Virus record (IMG/VR): IMGVR_UViG_3300042691_047309
Location: 64,001 to 128,000 of that record
DNA length: 64,000 bases
DNA from: a virus
Direction: 5' to 3' (one strand)
A program made the position numbers and the translations under genes. Under the pieces are notes generated by a model that had not been told where the DNA came from, searched no databases, and saw nothing but the letters and a program-made list of their open reading frames with translations. Positions 27,581-38,275 of this stretch are shown here, in pieces; the first letter of the stretch is position 1, and every line of letters begins with the position of its first letter.

Positions 27581-28924
27581 ATGATGACAGAAAAAAGTAT
27601 ATCACAGTTCTTATCCGATGAATATAAAGAGTTTGCAATGTATGTAATCGAAGGAAGAGCTATTCCTTCTGTAATTGACGGTTTTAAACCAACTCAAAGA
27701 AAGATTATTCATATTGCAAATCAAATCTGGAAAACAGGTAATGAAAAAACACTTAAAGTGTTTCAATTAAGTGGTAAAGTAGCCAGTGATTGTTTTTATC
27801 ATCATGGAGATGCCAGCCTTTCTAACGCCATCATTACGATGGCTCAAAGGTTTAAAAACAATGCACCTCTTTTAGAAGAAGAAGGTCAATTCGGATCACT
27901 TCGTTCTCCACAACCTGGAGCACCTCGTTATATTGGAACTAAATTGTCTGAAAATTTCAAATTAATTTATAAAGATTTTGACCTACTAAAATTTAAAGAA
28001 GAAGAAGGTGAAGTTATTGAACCACATTATTTCCTACCAATTGTTCCTACTGTTTTATTGAATGGATCATCTGGAATTGCGGTAGGATTTGCTTCAAATA
28101 TTCTTAACAGAGACATTAAAACTATAATTGATGCTTGTTTAAGAGTTATTAATGGAAAAGAACCAGGTGAAATTAGTCCTTCCCTTAATGGATTTACAGG
28201 TGAATATATTCAAGATACTGAAAACAAAAAAAGATGGATAATACGTGGAAAATTTGTAAGAGCCAATACATCAACTGTTAAAATAACAGAACTTCCTCCA
28301 TCAATGACATATGAGAAGTATGAGGACATCTTAGATAAGTTAGTTGATGATAAAGTTATTGTTTCTTATGATGATAATTGCAAAGATAATATCGATTATA
28401 CAATTAAATTTACAAGATCTGATTTGGAAAAGTTAGATGATGAAAAGTTAATTAAACTATTAAAGTTAGAGGAATCATCGACTGAAATATTTTCAACTTT
28501 AGATGAAGGTGGTAAGTTAATGATATTTGAATGCACACAAGAAATTATTAAATATTTTGTAAATTTCAGATTAGAATATTATCATAAACGAAAAGCTTAT
28601 TTACTTGAAAGAATGAATAGAGATTTAAAAATTCTTTCAAACAGAGGTAAGTTCATCAAAGCAATATTAGATGAAAAACTAAAAGTTAATAATGTTCTCA
28701 AAATTGAAATTATCAAAGGAATAGAAGAGATGGGATTGGAAAAGATTGATGATTCTTTTGATTATCTTTTAAGAATGCCAATCTACTCATTAACAAAAGA
28801 GGTATTTGATAAATTAAAAGCTGACTTTGTTGAGAAGAAAGCTGAAATCCAAAAGATGGAACAAACAGATCCAAAAGATATGTATGTTGATGATTTAAAT
28901 GAATTGAAGAAAAAGTTTAAATAA
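27581..28924 (+). CDS. Type IIA DNA topoisomerase breakage-reunion subunit (T4 gp52-like)
   Basis: RAIPSVIDGFKPTQRK; YHHGDASL; GQFGS; APRYI with catalytic Tyr; LLNGSSGIAVGF; no gyrase CTD. Confidence 0.96.
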   Translation: MMTEKSISQFLSDEYKEFAMYVIEGRAIPSVIDGFKPTQRKIIHIANQIWKTGNEKTLKVFQLSGKVASDCFYHHGDASLSNAIITMAQRFKNNAPLLEEEGQFGSLRSPQPGAPRYIGTKLSENFKLIYKDFDLLKFKEEEGEVIEPHYFLPIVPTVLLNGSSGIAVGFASNILNRDIKTIIDACLRVINGKEPGEISPSLNGFTGEYIQDTENKKRWIIRGKFVRANTSTVKITELPPSMTYEKYEDILDKLVDDKVIVSYDDNCKDNIDYTIKFTRSDLEKLDDEKLIKLLKLEESSTEIFSTLDEGGKLMIFECTQEIIKYFVNFRLEYYHKRKAYLLERMNRDLKILSNRGKFIKAILDEKLKVNNVLKIEIIKGIEEMGLEKIDDSFDYLLRMPIYSLTKEVFDKLKADFVEKKAEIQKMEQTDPKDMYVDDLNELKKKFK

Positions 28925-28962
28925 TCAGATTTTATTATTATATTTGTCTAAAATATATTTTA

Positions 28963-29340
28963 ATGGTTACAAAAGAAATTAAACAATTTGTTATTACTCA
29001 GATGAAAGAGGCTGATTGGGAGGTTGAGAAATTCGATGGCTTAAATGAATACAAATCTAAACATATCAACATACAACAAGACACTACTATTAGTCAAAAG
29101 GTTACTTTTCTAATAAAGATACCCAATGGTCATGGTAGCTATCAAAATCTTAAATTAAACCGTAAGGAGTTAGGAATAAATTATCTACGATACAGATTTT
29201 TATTAAAAGGTGTAAAGAGGTCTTGTAAATTAGTTGATAATCGTAGAAGAGAAGCTGAGATTTCTCGCAATTGGAAAAAATTCTTAGAAAAAAATAAAGA
29301 TCTTAATAGGGATAATAAAATAAACCAAATTATAGATTAA
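28963..29340 (+). CDS. Hypothetical protein with RDNKINQII tail
   Basis: ORF track; TATATTTG at 28939. Confidence 0.75.
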   Translation: MVTKEIKQFVITQMKEADWEVEKFDGLNEYKSKHINIQQDTTISQKVTFLIKIPNGHGSYQNLKLNRKELGINYLRYRFLLKGVKRSCKLVDNRRREAEISRNWKKFLEKNKDLNRDNKINQIID

Positions 29341-30458
29341 TGAAACAGGAATTATTTAATCTTATTGAACAAAAATCACCAGGTGCTAAACCGCTATATC
29401 TTGTTGTTCGTGGTTCTCATGCTTATGGAACTAACATTGAAACTTCAGATACTGATTACGCTGGAGTTTTTATTCAGTCTCAAAATGATATTTTAGGAAA
29501 TACTTACAAAGAACAAATAAATGATGATAATAATGATATTGTTATTTATGAAATTCGTAGATTTTTAGAACTTTTAGGATCAAACAATCCAACTGTTTTA
29601 GAACTTCTTAATACACCAGAAGATTGTGTGGTTTATAAAGACCCTATCTTTGATATGGTTTTAGAAAACCGTGATAATTTCATCACTAAGATTTGTGCTA
29701 AGTCTTTTGGTGGTTATGCAAAACAACAGATAAGTAAGGCACGAGGTCAAGATAAAAAACAAAACTGGGAGAAAGATAAAGTTACTCGCAAAACTCCTTT
29801 AGATTTCTGCTATATTCACCGTGGTGAAAAATCAATTCCACTTGTGAGCTTTATGGAAGAAAAAGGCATGGATCAGAGATTTTGTGGTTTATCTAATGTT
29901 CCACATAGTAGAGATACTTATGCTCTTTTCTATGACTTTAAAGAAGAAGAAACTGATGGTGAAATTAAAAATTTAGGATTTAAAGGTATCGCATTTGAAG
30001 ATTCTAATCAAGTTAGATTATCATCCATTCCTATAGATACTCCTAAAAACTATTTTATCGGACACGTTTCTTATAACAAAGATGGATATTCACAACATTG
30101 TAAAGATTATAAATCTTATCAAGAATGGTTAGAAAATCGTAACTTATCACGTTGGGTAGATGTTCAATCTCATGGTCAAAAAATTGACGGTAAGAATATG
30201 ATGCACTGTAAACGTCTAATGGAAATGGCAAAAGAGATTGGACAAGGAAAAGGTATTATTGTAAGACGACCAAATGCACAAGAACTCATTGCAATTCGAA
30301 AAGGTGATGTTGATCTACAAACTTTAATTGATTCTGTTGAAGACGAAATAAAAGAAGTTGATAAAATTTTTGAAGACTCAAATCTTCCTGATAAAATTGA
30401 TGAAAATTTTATAAATAATCTGATTATTAAAATAAGAAAACAAATATATAAGATATGA
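29340..30458 (+). CDS. Pol-beta superfamily nucleotidyltransferase (RlaP/YcgL-like)
   Basis: RGSHAYG....SDTDY.GVF; NNPTVLELL; DGKNMMHC.RL; L..IRKG. Confidence 0.85.
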   Translation: MKQELFNLIEQKSPGAKPLYLVVRGSHAYGTNIETSDTDYAGVFIQSQNDILGNTYKEQINDDNNDIVIYEIRRFLELLGSNNPTVLELLNTPEDCVVYKDPIFDMVLENRDNFITKICAKSFGGYAKQQISKARGQDKKQNWEKDKVTRKTPLDFCYIHRGEKSIPLVSFMEEKGMDQRFCGLSNVPHSRDTYALFYDFKEEETDGEIKNLGFKGIAFEDSNQVRLSSIPIDTPKNYFIGHVSYNKDGYSQHCKDYKSYQEWLENRNLSRWVDVQSHGQKIDGKNMMHCKRLMEMAKEIGQGKGIIVRRPNAQELIAIRKGDVDLQTLIDSVEDEIKEVDKIFEDSNLPDKIDENFINNLIIKIRKQIYKI

Positions 30459-31078
30459 TATTATACTTAATTTTAGTATTTTTAATTGGTGTGTCTGTTG
30501 GTGGATATTTATCAAAAAAACTAGCTATTAAAGCACTTAAGTTAGAAAATGAACGACACAACTTAGAGAAAAAAAATCAATTTTTAGAAGTTCTGTCTAA
30601 AATTAAAACTGGAAAATCTAAATTCAAAACTAGAGTTAATGATACAGTTTATATCGAAGTTGAATTAGAAAATTTAGGACAAATTGATGTAATTTATCTT
30701 ATGGATAAAAATGATATTGCTCTTTTTAAAGAAGCTAAGTGTTTAAATACGTCTGATAGCATTCAATCGGAAATTATTACAGAAATAATCGCAAATATTT
30801 ACAGAATTTATAATCAAAAAATTAATGACATTGTTGAAATACTTGGTTTTACTTTTTACAGAGAAGAGTTTGAAAGAACTTTTAGAGTGAAAGCTGATGA
30901 TCTAAAAAAAGTATTCGATCCAGTTATTGAATCCGAAGTTGATCAAATAAATATCGAAAACCAAAAGAAATTTGACATAGATGATATCTTAGATAAAATA
31001 TCAGCAACTGGAATTGCATCACTTACAATAGAAGAAAGAATTTTTCTAGATAATTACTCAAATGAAAAGAGAAATTAA
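30455..31078 (+). CDS. Membrane-anchored protein with C-terminal DUF6576-like helix motif
   Basis: N-terminal TM helix; IDDILDKISATGIASLTIEERIFL. Confidence 0.75.
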   Translation: MILYLILVFLIGVSVGGYLSKKLAIKALKLENERHNLEKKNQFLEVLSKIKTGKSKFKTRVNDTVYIEVELENLGQIDVIYLMDKNDIALFKEAKCLNTSDSIQSEIITEIIANIYRIYNQKINDIVEILGFTFYREEFERTFRVKADDLKKVFDPVIESEVDQINIENQKKFDIDDILDKISATGIASLTIEERIFLDNYSNEKRN

Positions 31079-31391
31079 CGTTAGTCCCTGGAAACACATA
31101 ACCACTACTCATAAAATTGAACATCACACACTTGATGAAATATTCACCATTCTAATTGAAAAGGATGGTGAATATTCTTTTATTGTTGAGGAATGTCAAA
31201 AGGTGTTTGATGTTTCACAAATGCCAATTTATATTAAAGAAGATTGGATAAAATATAATAAAAAATCCGTATCTTTGTCATTACTTAATGAACAGATTAA
31301 AAAATTGACAAATGATTTTGATCAATTTGAAGAAGAGTTGAATTTGTTAAAATCGTTAAGAAGAGATTTAATAATTAAAGGAATAATATGA
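31062..31391 (+). CDS. Hypothetical protein with RDLIIKGII tail variant
   Basis: ORF track; overlaps neighbours. Confidence 0.7.
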   Translation: MKREINVSPWKHITTTHKIEHHTLDEIFTILIEKDGEYSFIVEECQKVFDVSQMPIYIKEDWIKYNKKSVSLSLLNEQIKKLTNDFDQFEEELNLLKSLRRDLIIKGII

Positions 31392-31570
31392 AAGATTTAT
31401 TTAAAAGAAAACCACGTAAGATAGAAGATGATTTTGCTCCGGTTGGAACAAAGGATTGTGAAATGAAATGTGAGAGAGGTGTTATTATGACCAAAGAAGG
31501 ACACGTAATTGTATGTCATGGTTGTAAAAGAATTATTATGGACAATCGTGATAAAAATGAACTGTGTTAA
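31388..31570 (+). CDS. Small Cys-rich (possible Zn-ribbon) protein
   Basis: CEMKC...CHGC; coupled start and stop with neighbours. Confidence 0.6.
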   Translation: MKDLFKRKPRKIEDDFAPVGTKDCEMKCERGVIMTKEGHVIVCHGCKRIIMDNRDKNELC

Positions 31571-32114
31571 AAAAATAATAATTATTAATTTAGCGGTTTT
31601 TGGTGTATGTCATATCTTCAATTTTTGGGGATTACATTTGGAAAATCTGTTTGCTCTTTATCCTGTTAATACAGGATATTTTAGTTTTTATCAGTTAGTA
31701 ACGCATCTTTTTATACATGCAAATCCTGAACATCTATTTTTTAATATGTTGTTTTTTTTAATTGCTGGCATTGAAGTTGAAGAATATTTTGGTAAGAAAT
31801 TTTTAAGTTTTTATTTACTATCTGGGATTTTTAGTTCTGGTTTATATTGCTTAGGATCTAATGGTGGTATTATTGGGGCATCTGGTGCTGTTTTTTCAGT
31901 TTTAACAGTTTTTACTATTCTTACTATTAGAAATGAAAATTTCAAACATTCAATTCATTTAAAAATAAAATCATTTTTTTATATTTTTTTTATCTTAATT
32001 GAACTTTATAATGCTGTTTCATTTCCAAATGATAATATTGGTCACTGGTCTCATATATTTGGTGTTATATTTGGTACAATTTTCTACATACATCATAAAA
32101 AAAGTCTCTCTTAA
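31557..32114 (+). CDS. Rhomboid family intramembrane serine protease
   Basis: YQLVTHLFIH...HLFFNM; GASG catalytic Ser; GHWSHIFG catalytic His. Confidence 0.92.
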   Translation: MNCVKKIIIINLAVFGVCHIFNFWGLHLENLFALYPVNTGYFSFYQLVTHLFIHANPEHLFFNMLFFLIAGIEVEEYFGKKFLSFYLLSGIFSSGLYCLGSNGGIIGASGAVFSVLTVFTILTIRNENFKHSIHLKIKSFFYIFFILIELYNAVSFPNDNIGHWSHIFGVIFGTIFYIHHKKSLS

Positions 32115-32128
32115 AAAAGAGAGACTTT
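32101..32128. terminator. Intrinsic terminator hairpin between convergent units
   Basis: AAAGTCTCTC-N8-GAGAGACTTT. Confidence 0.7.
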
Positions 32129-32159
32129 AAAAAATACTATTAAGGGTGTTAAGTATTTT

Positions 32160-32261
32160 TTACCATGGTCTAACTAAACTGTAACCAATCATCGTAAAAG
32201 CTAAAGTGGTTATTATTATCAGACTGATTAATATTAAATCGATTTTTATATTTTTTTGCAT
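32160..32261 (-). CDS. 33-aa single-helix membrane peptide (not in the ORF track)
   Basis: MQKNIKIDLILISLIIITTLAFTMIGYSLVRPW; starts 2 nt after the S8 peptidase stop. Confidence 0.4.
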   Translation of the reverse strand: MQKNIKIDLILISLIIITTLAFTMIGYSLVRPW

Positions 32262-32263
32262 TT

Positions 32264-33826
32264 TTATTGAATTATTATTTTTATAGTTTTATTTTGATTT
32301 ATTAAGTAATACTGACCCGGAGTACTGATACTAACAATTATATCATTTGATCTAATTTCTGTAACTAAACTTCCGACACTATCAAATATTTTTGAATCTG
32401 ATGGTAAATTTGCTATATTAAAAATGCCATTGTTAGGATTCGGATATACACTAAATTCAGAGTCACTTAAAGTATTAAAATGATTACCGTTATTACCCTG
32501 TCCATTGCCATTATTAGAATTAGAATTATTATTGATTACTCCGTTTTGACTTCCTAATTGTGAATTGTCATACCCTGGATTAGAAGGATCGAATCCGTCG
32601 CTATTTCCGTGTCCATTATTATTGTCATTATCTATAACCAAAGTCATTTCATAAGCAATTCTTACTGCTTCTGCTGAGTTTAATCTACCAGAACCCAACT
32701 TTCCTAAATATTGTGGATTTATTGAATAAATATCCACAGCTGTTATTCTAAGAATAGAATCAATTTCTGAATTTGTAATATTTGGATTCACTGATAACAT
32801 AAGAGCAATTGTACCAGATACATAAGGAGCAGCAAAAGAGGTTCCGGATGAATATGAATACCAACCCGGTGCAGCACTTAGTGGAACATTGTAACCAGGT
32901 GCGCAAATATCCACAGTTGAATTATGTTGATGTGTTGATCCATTTTGAGAAATATGACTATCATTTTGACCAACACTAGTAACTGAAAAAACGTGGTTGT
33001 AAGCGGCTGGATAAACTAAGTTATCAGGTCCACCACAAGTTGAGCCATTGCCAGCAGATGCTACTATAAATGTTCCGTTATTCCATACTTCGTCTATTGC
33101 TAATTGAGCGTAATAGTTATATGTGCAACCAGAAGCCCAACTCAGATTTATTACTTTATAACCATTATAAGATGCTTTTAACATATCATTATAATTCATT
33201 CTAAAAAGACCAAGTGAAGAATTATATCCAATTGAACTTATTCCTGTTGAGTTATTAGTATTCCCAGCAGCTGTAATTGCAACAGCTGTTCCGTGTGTTT
33301 TTGTAGATGTATTTGTAACATCATAGTATTTTACTTTTCCTACTAATTCTTCGTGATTTTGATAGAAGTTTTGGTCTGAAATAGCTATTCTAACAGATGT
33401 ATCACCGGTAGTATAAGACCAGGCGCCTTCGGCATTTATTAAACTAAGTGCCCAGTTATTAGAGAAAGAAGATGTGTAATCGTTAGGAAGTTCTAAAGTC
33501 TCAAATTTAGGAGCGATTTCAACCTTAGAGACTACAGTCGATTTGTTTGTAAGATTTTGTAATAATTCTACTTCATTACAGTTACAATCTATTTGATAAA
33601 CATTTTGTAATTTTTGATTTTTAGAGTCAGGAAATACTTTTTGAACATTTGTAATTTGGTATGTTTCTAAAACAGAGTTTAATTCTTGATTTTGAGAATA
33701 CAATTTATCACCTCTCATTTGTGGTACATTTTGGGACTCATTAATTGTCATCCAAACTGAATTTTGAGCCATTAAGTTTACACTTACTATTAAGATTGAT
33801 GTGATAAGTAGAATTAATTTTTTCAT
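32264..33826 (-). CDS. Secreted S8 subtilisin-like serine protease with T9SS type A C-terminal domain
   Basis: Signal peptide ending MA|Q; triad AISD / HGTAVA / GTSFAAP; C-terminal VYPNP..G.F...PG.Y....K.I.Q. Confidence 0.92.
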   Translation of the reverse strand: MKKLILLITSILIVSVNLMAQNSVWMTINESQNVPQMRGDKLYSQNQELNSVLETYQITNVQKVFPDSKNQKLQNVYQIDCNCNEVELLQNLTNKSTVVSKVEIAPKFETLELPNDYTSSFSNNWALSLINAEGAWSYTTGDTSVRIAISDQNFYQNHEELVGKVKYYDVTNTSTKTHGTAVAITAAGNTNNSTGISSIGYNSSLGLFRMNYNDMLKASYNGYKVINLSWASGCTYNYYAQLAIDEVWNNGTFIVASAGNGSTCGGPDNLVYPAAYNHVFSVTSVGQNDSHISQNGSTHQHNSTVDICAPGYNVPLSAAPGWYSYSSGTSFAAPYVSGTIALMLSVNPNITNSEIDSILRITAVDIYSINPQYLGKLGSGRLNSAEAVRIAYEMTLVIDNDNNNGHGNSDGFDPSNPGYDNSQLGSQNGVINNNSNSNNGNGQGNNGNHFNTLSDSEFSVYPNPNNGIFNIANLPSDSKIFDSVGSLVTEIRSNDIIVSISTPGQYYLINQNKTIKIIIQ

Positions 33827-34086
33827 AACATTTTTTGTTTTTTTGTTTTATAATTTATATAGTTAGATACTACTGAAAAAGACACTGATTTTGACAGTTC
33901 CGAATGTAATTTACACATTCACTTATAGTAAGACATACATATAGATACTTACTAATATAAGTAATACTACTTAGTTAAATTTTTTTGATCATTGGATATA
34001 CTAAAATGCTCAAATCATTAGGTTTTACTGAATCTTTGTATTAAATATAAATATATACTATAGGGATTAAAAATTATTTTTCAATT

Positions 34087-36246
34087 ATGATAAAGTTTTA
34101 TTTATTTTTATTATCAACCATTTTATTGGTCACAAATTCGTTATCACAAATAAATGAGGGTTTTGAGAGTGGTCTACCCGCTAGCTATACAACTACGACA
34201 TCTTATACACTAAGTTCCGGAACTTGGACTGGTCAAGCAAGTGGTGTTATTGGAAACACAACTGCAACTTGGATTAAAAGTGGCACTAGATCCTGCCAGC
34301 TTAGGTCACAGGTTGGATCACAGATAACCACTCCGACTATTACTCAAACAGTTGGCACAGTAACGTTTTGGGCATCAAGAACATCAGGTAGTGGAAGTTC
34401 TTTACAAGTAAATTACTCTACAGATGGTGGGACTACTTGGGTAGCTGCTACCGGATCACCCTTTAGTCTAAACACAACAGTAAGTCAATACACAGCTACT
34501 GTAAATACGACGAGTGTGAATGTCAAATTACAGTTTTATAGAACAGCAGGAACCGTTAATATAGACGATGTTGTTATTAATAAAAATAATAATTCCGTAT
34601 GTTCAACAGTAACAACACTTTCTTTACCATCAACCGTTGGATCAACGACGACTACAGGAACACAGACAACTTGTGGAAAAGTAAATGATTTTCCGGCTGG
34701 TTCTTTTGGATCCTCACTTTACGGTGATGGTCAAGATGCTGTTTGGCAAATTGATGTTCCGGTTAGTGGAGGTAATTATAAATTCGATATAGGAGGTGCT
34801 GGAACTTATAAAATATTATCTTTACACTCTTCTTGTTCCCCAACAAGTGGAAACGCTTTAAATTGGATCACAACTTCATCAGGAACAACTGGTAATTTCT
34901 CACAAAATCTTACAACGGGAACATACTATCTATGGGTAGATACGTGGCCATCTCCTGATTGTGGTCAGTACTCCATAACCATTACAAGATTAGCAAATCC
35001 ACCAGCTCCAAGTTGTATTTCATCACCGACATCTCCAACTAACGGTCAAACAGATGTCAGTACAGCCCCAACGTTATCATGGCCAACCGCATCTAACGCT
35101 ACAAGTTATGATGTATATTTTGGGTCTACTTTACCGATCACACCAACGATTAACGTTACTACAACATCTTATACTCCAAGTTCATTATCAATCACTACAA
35201 CATATTATTGGAAAATAGTACCTAAAAATTCTTCGGGTGAGCCTACAGGGTGTTCAACATGGTCTTTTACTACTTTAACACCAATTACTAATGACGACCC
35301 TTCAGGATCAACAACTTTAATTGTTAATGATCCTTTAGGTTATAAAACTTTTACGAATGTTGGATCATCAAATACGACAACAGAATCTTCACCTACATGT
35401 GCATCATATAATGGTGAGGATGTTTGGTTTAAGGTAGTTGTACCGAATGGGATAACAACGCTTGATTTTGATACTCAAACAGGTGGTATAACTGATGGTG
35501 GTATGTCTATTTACAGAGGAACTATTGGTTCTTTAACTCAAATTGAATGTGATGATGATGATGCATTAGATGGTCTAATGTCTTGGATATATCGAGAAGA
35601 TTTTACTCCCGGTGAAACAATTTATATCAGATTTTGGGAATATGGTGGTGGTACAGGAACATTTAAGATTTATGTTAGTACTCCTCAAGCACTACCAGTT
35701 GAACTAATTAGTTTTAATGCAACTTGTTCCGATGAAGGTATATTAATTAACTGGAAAACCGCTTCTGAACATAATAGTTCCCACTTTACACTTGAGAAGT
35801 CAAGAGATGGCGAAGATTGGTCTCAAATTTATACCGAACAAGCAGCTGGTAATAGCAATCAAATTATTACTTATAGTTTCACAGATAAAAACACTATTAA
35901 CGGTATTAATTACTATAGATTGAACCAATATGATATAGATGGTGTTTATGAACAATACGGACCTATTTCTGCAAATTGTTTAGAAAAAACAAAAGGATAT
36001 TTTTCTACTTTTCCGAATCCAAGTTTTTCAACATTTAATATTACTGTCAATAATGAAAGTATTATCGGTGAATCTATTATAGAAATAGTAGATGATATTG
36101 GTAGAAAAATAACAAATAAAAATGTCACTGTAAGTCCTGGAATAAACCTTTTCAACTTAAATATAGATATCGAACCAGGTATTTATTACATAAACATTCA
36201 TAATGATTATTTTTCTACCGATGTAATAAAACAAATTATAAGGTAA
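34087..36246 (+). CDS. Secreted T/S/G-rich multidomain surface protein with T9SS type A CTD
   Basis: Signal peptide LS|Q; FN3-like segment (LSW...ATSYDVYFG...TYYWKIVP.N); DVWF domains; LPVELISF...W.TASE.N...YYRL.Q.D.DG; FPNP...GIY. Confidence 0.9.
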   Translation: MIKFYLFLLSTILLVTNSLSQINEGFESGLPASYTTTTSYTLSSGTWTGQASGVIGNTTATWIKSGTRSCQLRSQVGSQITTPTITQTVGTVTFWASRTSGSGSSLQVNYSTDGGTTWVAATGSPFSLNTTVSQYTATVNTTSVNVKLQFYRTAGTVNIDDVVINKNNNSVCSTVTTLSLPSTVGSTTTTGTQTTCGKVNDFPAGSFGSSLYGDGQDAVWQIDVPVSGGNYKFDIGGAGTYKILSLHSSCSPTSGNALNWITTSSGTTGNFSQNLTTGTYYLWVDTWPSPDCGQYSITITRLANPPAPSCISSPTSPTNGQTDVSTAPTLSWPTASNATSYDVYFGSTLPITPTINVTTTSYTPSSLSITTTYYWKIVPKNSSGEPTGCSTWSFTTLTPITNDDPSGSTTLIVNDPLGYKTFTNVGSSNTTTESSPTCASYNGEDVWFKVVVPNGITTLDFDTQTGGITDGGMSIYRGTIGSLTQIECDDDDALDGLMSWIYREDFTPGETIYIRFWEYGGGTGTFKIYVSTPQALPVELISFNATCSDEGILINWKTASEHNSSHFTLEKSRDGEDWSQIYTEQAAGNSNQIITYSFTDKNTINGINYYRLNQYDIDGVYEQYGPISANCLEKTKGYFSTFPNPSFSTFNITVNNESIIGESIIEIVDDIGRKITNKNVTVSPGINLFNLNIDIEPGIYYINIHNDYFSTDVIKQIIR

Positions 36247-36248
36247 TT

Positions 36249-36283
36249 AAAAAAACGAGTTATTTAAATAACTCGTTTTTTTT
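36249..36283. terminator. Intrinsic terminator
   Basis: AAAAAAACGAGTTATTT/AAATAACTCGTTTTTTT palindrome. Confidence 0.85.
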
Positions 36284-36359
36284 GCTCATTAGTCTGTATA
36301 TAATGCTCAATTTGTATTTTTTATAGCTAAACTTGATTGACTAAATTGATATATAGGGT

Positions 36360-38258
36360 ATGAGAATTATATTTAAACATAATTTATTATTTCTATTTTG
36401 TTTATTGACAAACTTTTTACTTGCACAACCAGCAAATGATAATTGTTCTGGTGCTCAAAATTTAGGAAATTTACCAACACCTGCATCTTGCCCAAGTGGT
36501 ATTGGAACATCAGTAAATGTCACAGGAACCACAGTTGGAGCAACACCTACAAATCCATATAACTACCTTTTAGGTTGTCAAACTGGTGGAAATCAACCAG
36601 CACCAGCTAATGACGTTTGGTATAGATTTGTCGCAACCGGAAATCAAGTAAATATAAATATAACAGCAGGATCTCCGGTATTAGCAAATCCAGCAATAAC
36701 ACTTTGGACAGGAACTTGCGGTAATCTAACCGGAGTTGGATGTGATAATAATGGAACAAATGCTGGTGCTAATTCTGCAATTTTTGAGCCTTTAACATCT
36801 GGTCAAACTTATTATATTCAAGTATCTGGCTCTACATCAACGGCTACTGGTAACTTTAACCTTTCTGTAAATTCACAAAATGATTGTTCAGATTGTCTTC
36901 AAGGTTCTTATATAACTGCTACTCCTGCTCCAACAAATGGAACTTATCCACCAAATACTCAAGTGACTTTTTGTTATACAATCACTTCTTTTAATCAGGT
37001 AAGTGCAAACTGGATACATGGAGTGATACCTTCTTTTGGTGCTGGTTGGAATCCAACAACTTTACAATCAGTGAGTGCTCCAAATGCTTCCGCGGGATAT
37101 GTTTGGACTTGGACTAATGGACCACTGGGTTTAGGTTGGTATGTTGATTATGATCCAGTAGGACCAACCGGTCCAGATGGAAATGTCACTAATAACTATG
37201 GAACTTCTAATATAAATGGAACGGGAACTTGGACTTTTTGTTGGAGAATTACAACTGATCCAAATTGCACCGGTGGAACTGACCTTTCGGTAGATGTCAA
37301 TACAACGTCTGATGGGGAGACCGGTAACTGGACTTCTGTTGCTTGTCAAGACGACCCAGTTTATCAATTTTCATCCACATTAATATGTTGCACAAATCCA
37401 ACTGTAACATTATCCAATCAAACTATTTGTCAGGGTCAAAGCGTGACTCTAACTCCTACGGTTAGTCCTGGTGGTGGAACTTACTCTTGGTCATCTGGTC
37501 AAATAACTTCTTCTATTACGGTTACACCTTCAACAACTACATCCTATACCGTTACATATGCGACCGGTTCTTGTTTTTCAACTGCGACTGCTACGGTAAC
37601 TGTTAATACACAAACTACACCAACATTTACACAATTAGGACCTTTCTGTTCAGGAACTTCATTTACCTTACCAACAACATCAAATAATGGAATCACCGGT
37701 TCTTGGTCACCTGCTATTAACAATACATCAACAACAACTTATACATTCACTCCAACTGCTGGTCAATGTGCTTCAACTGCAACAATGACAGTTACAATAA
37801 ATCCACAAACAGTTCCAACATTTACGCAAGTAGGACCTTTTTGTTCTGGAACTTCATTTACTTTACCAACAACATCAAATAATGGAATAACAGGAACTTG
37901 GTCTCCTGTAATCAATAATACCTCAACAACAACTTATACATTTACACCAACTGTCGGTCAATGTGCTCAATCAACTACGATTACAATAACAATAAGCCCT
38001 CAAGTTACTGCTACTGTCACCGGAACAAATCCAACTTGCGACAACGCCTGTGATGGAACAGCAACTACCACACCACTTACCGGAACTCCCCCTTACACTT
38101 ATGTATGGACTCCTTCTGGTGGTACACAAACCATCACAAATTTATGTGAAGGAACTTATAATGTAACTATCACTGACTCTTTTGGATGTCAAACAACAGG
38201 AAGTGTAACCCTAACAGACCCGGTTGCACCAGTGTTGGGTCCAATTAGTCATGACTAA
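36360..38258 (+). CDS. Secreted SprB-like adhesin (Ig-like repeats plus SprB repeat) lacking a T9SS CTD; ends PVLGPISHD
   Basis: Signal peptide LA|QPANDNC; DVWY domain; two 65-aa repeats; SprB-type NPTC...DGTA...GTPPYTY.W...L..GTY.VTITD..GC. Confidence 0.88.
   Translation: MRIIFKHNLLFLFCLLTNFLLAQPANDNCSGAQNLGNLPTPASCPSGIGTSVNVTGTTVGATPTNPYNYLLGCQTGGNQPAPANDVWYRFVATGNQVNINITAGSPVLANPAITLWTGTCGNLTGVGCDNNGTNAGANSAIFEPLTSGQTYYIQVSGSTSTATGNFNLSVNSQNDCSDCLQGSYITATPAPTNGTYPPNTQVTFCYTITSFNQVSANWIHGVIPSFGAGWNPTTLQSVSAPNASAGYVWTWTNGPLGLGWYVDYDPVGPTGPDGNVTNNYGTSNINGTGTWTFCWRITTDPNCTGGTDLSVDVNTTSDGETGNWTSVACQDDPVYQFSSTLICCTNPTVTLSNQTICQGQSVTLTPTVSPGGGTYSWSSGQITSSITVTPSTTTSYTVTYATGSCFSTATATVTVNTQTTPTFTQLGPFCSGTSFTLPTTSNNGITGSWSPAINNTSTTTYTFTPTAGQCASTATMTVTINPQTVPTFTQVGPFCSGTSFTLPTTSNNGITGTWSPVINNTSTTTYTFTPTVGQCAQSTTITITISPQVTATVTGTNPTCDNACDGTATTTPLTGTPPYTYVWTPSGGTQTITNLCEGTYNVTITDSFGCQTTGSVTLTDPVAPVLGPISHD
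37610..38000 (+). repeat. Two tandem 195-bp (65-aa) adhesin repeats
   Basis: [47 protein letters not shown] starting at about 37620 and 37815. Confidence 0.92.
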
Positions 38259-38275
38259 AAATAAAAAAAAGAAAA

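Noticed and set aside
21970-28924. Calling the topoisomerase genes gyrB/gyrA
   Set aside because: The A-like subunit is only 447 aa with no GyrA-box or CTD, and the motifs are T4/eukaryote-like type IIA, so gyrase symbols are not justified.
32480-32640. Asn/Gly-rich low-complexity stretch in the S8 protease as a separate element
   Set aside because: It is an in-frame linker (NNGHGN...DPSNPG) between the catalytic domain and the CTD, with no independent structure evident.
33827-34086. 260-bp intergenic region as ncRNA or replication origin
   Set aside because: It is explained as a divergent promoter region; no convincing stems or iterons were seen.
37610-38000. Repeat pair as a diversity-generating retroelement TR/VR
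   Set aside because: Both copies are in frame within one adhesin, differences are mostly synonymous and not adenine-specific, and no reverse transcriptase is present.
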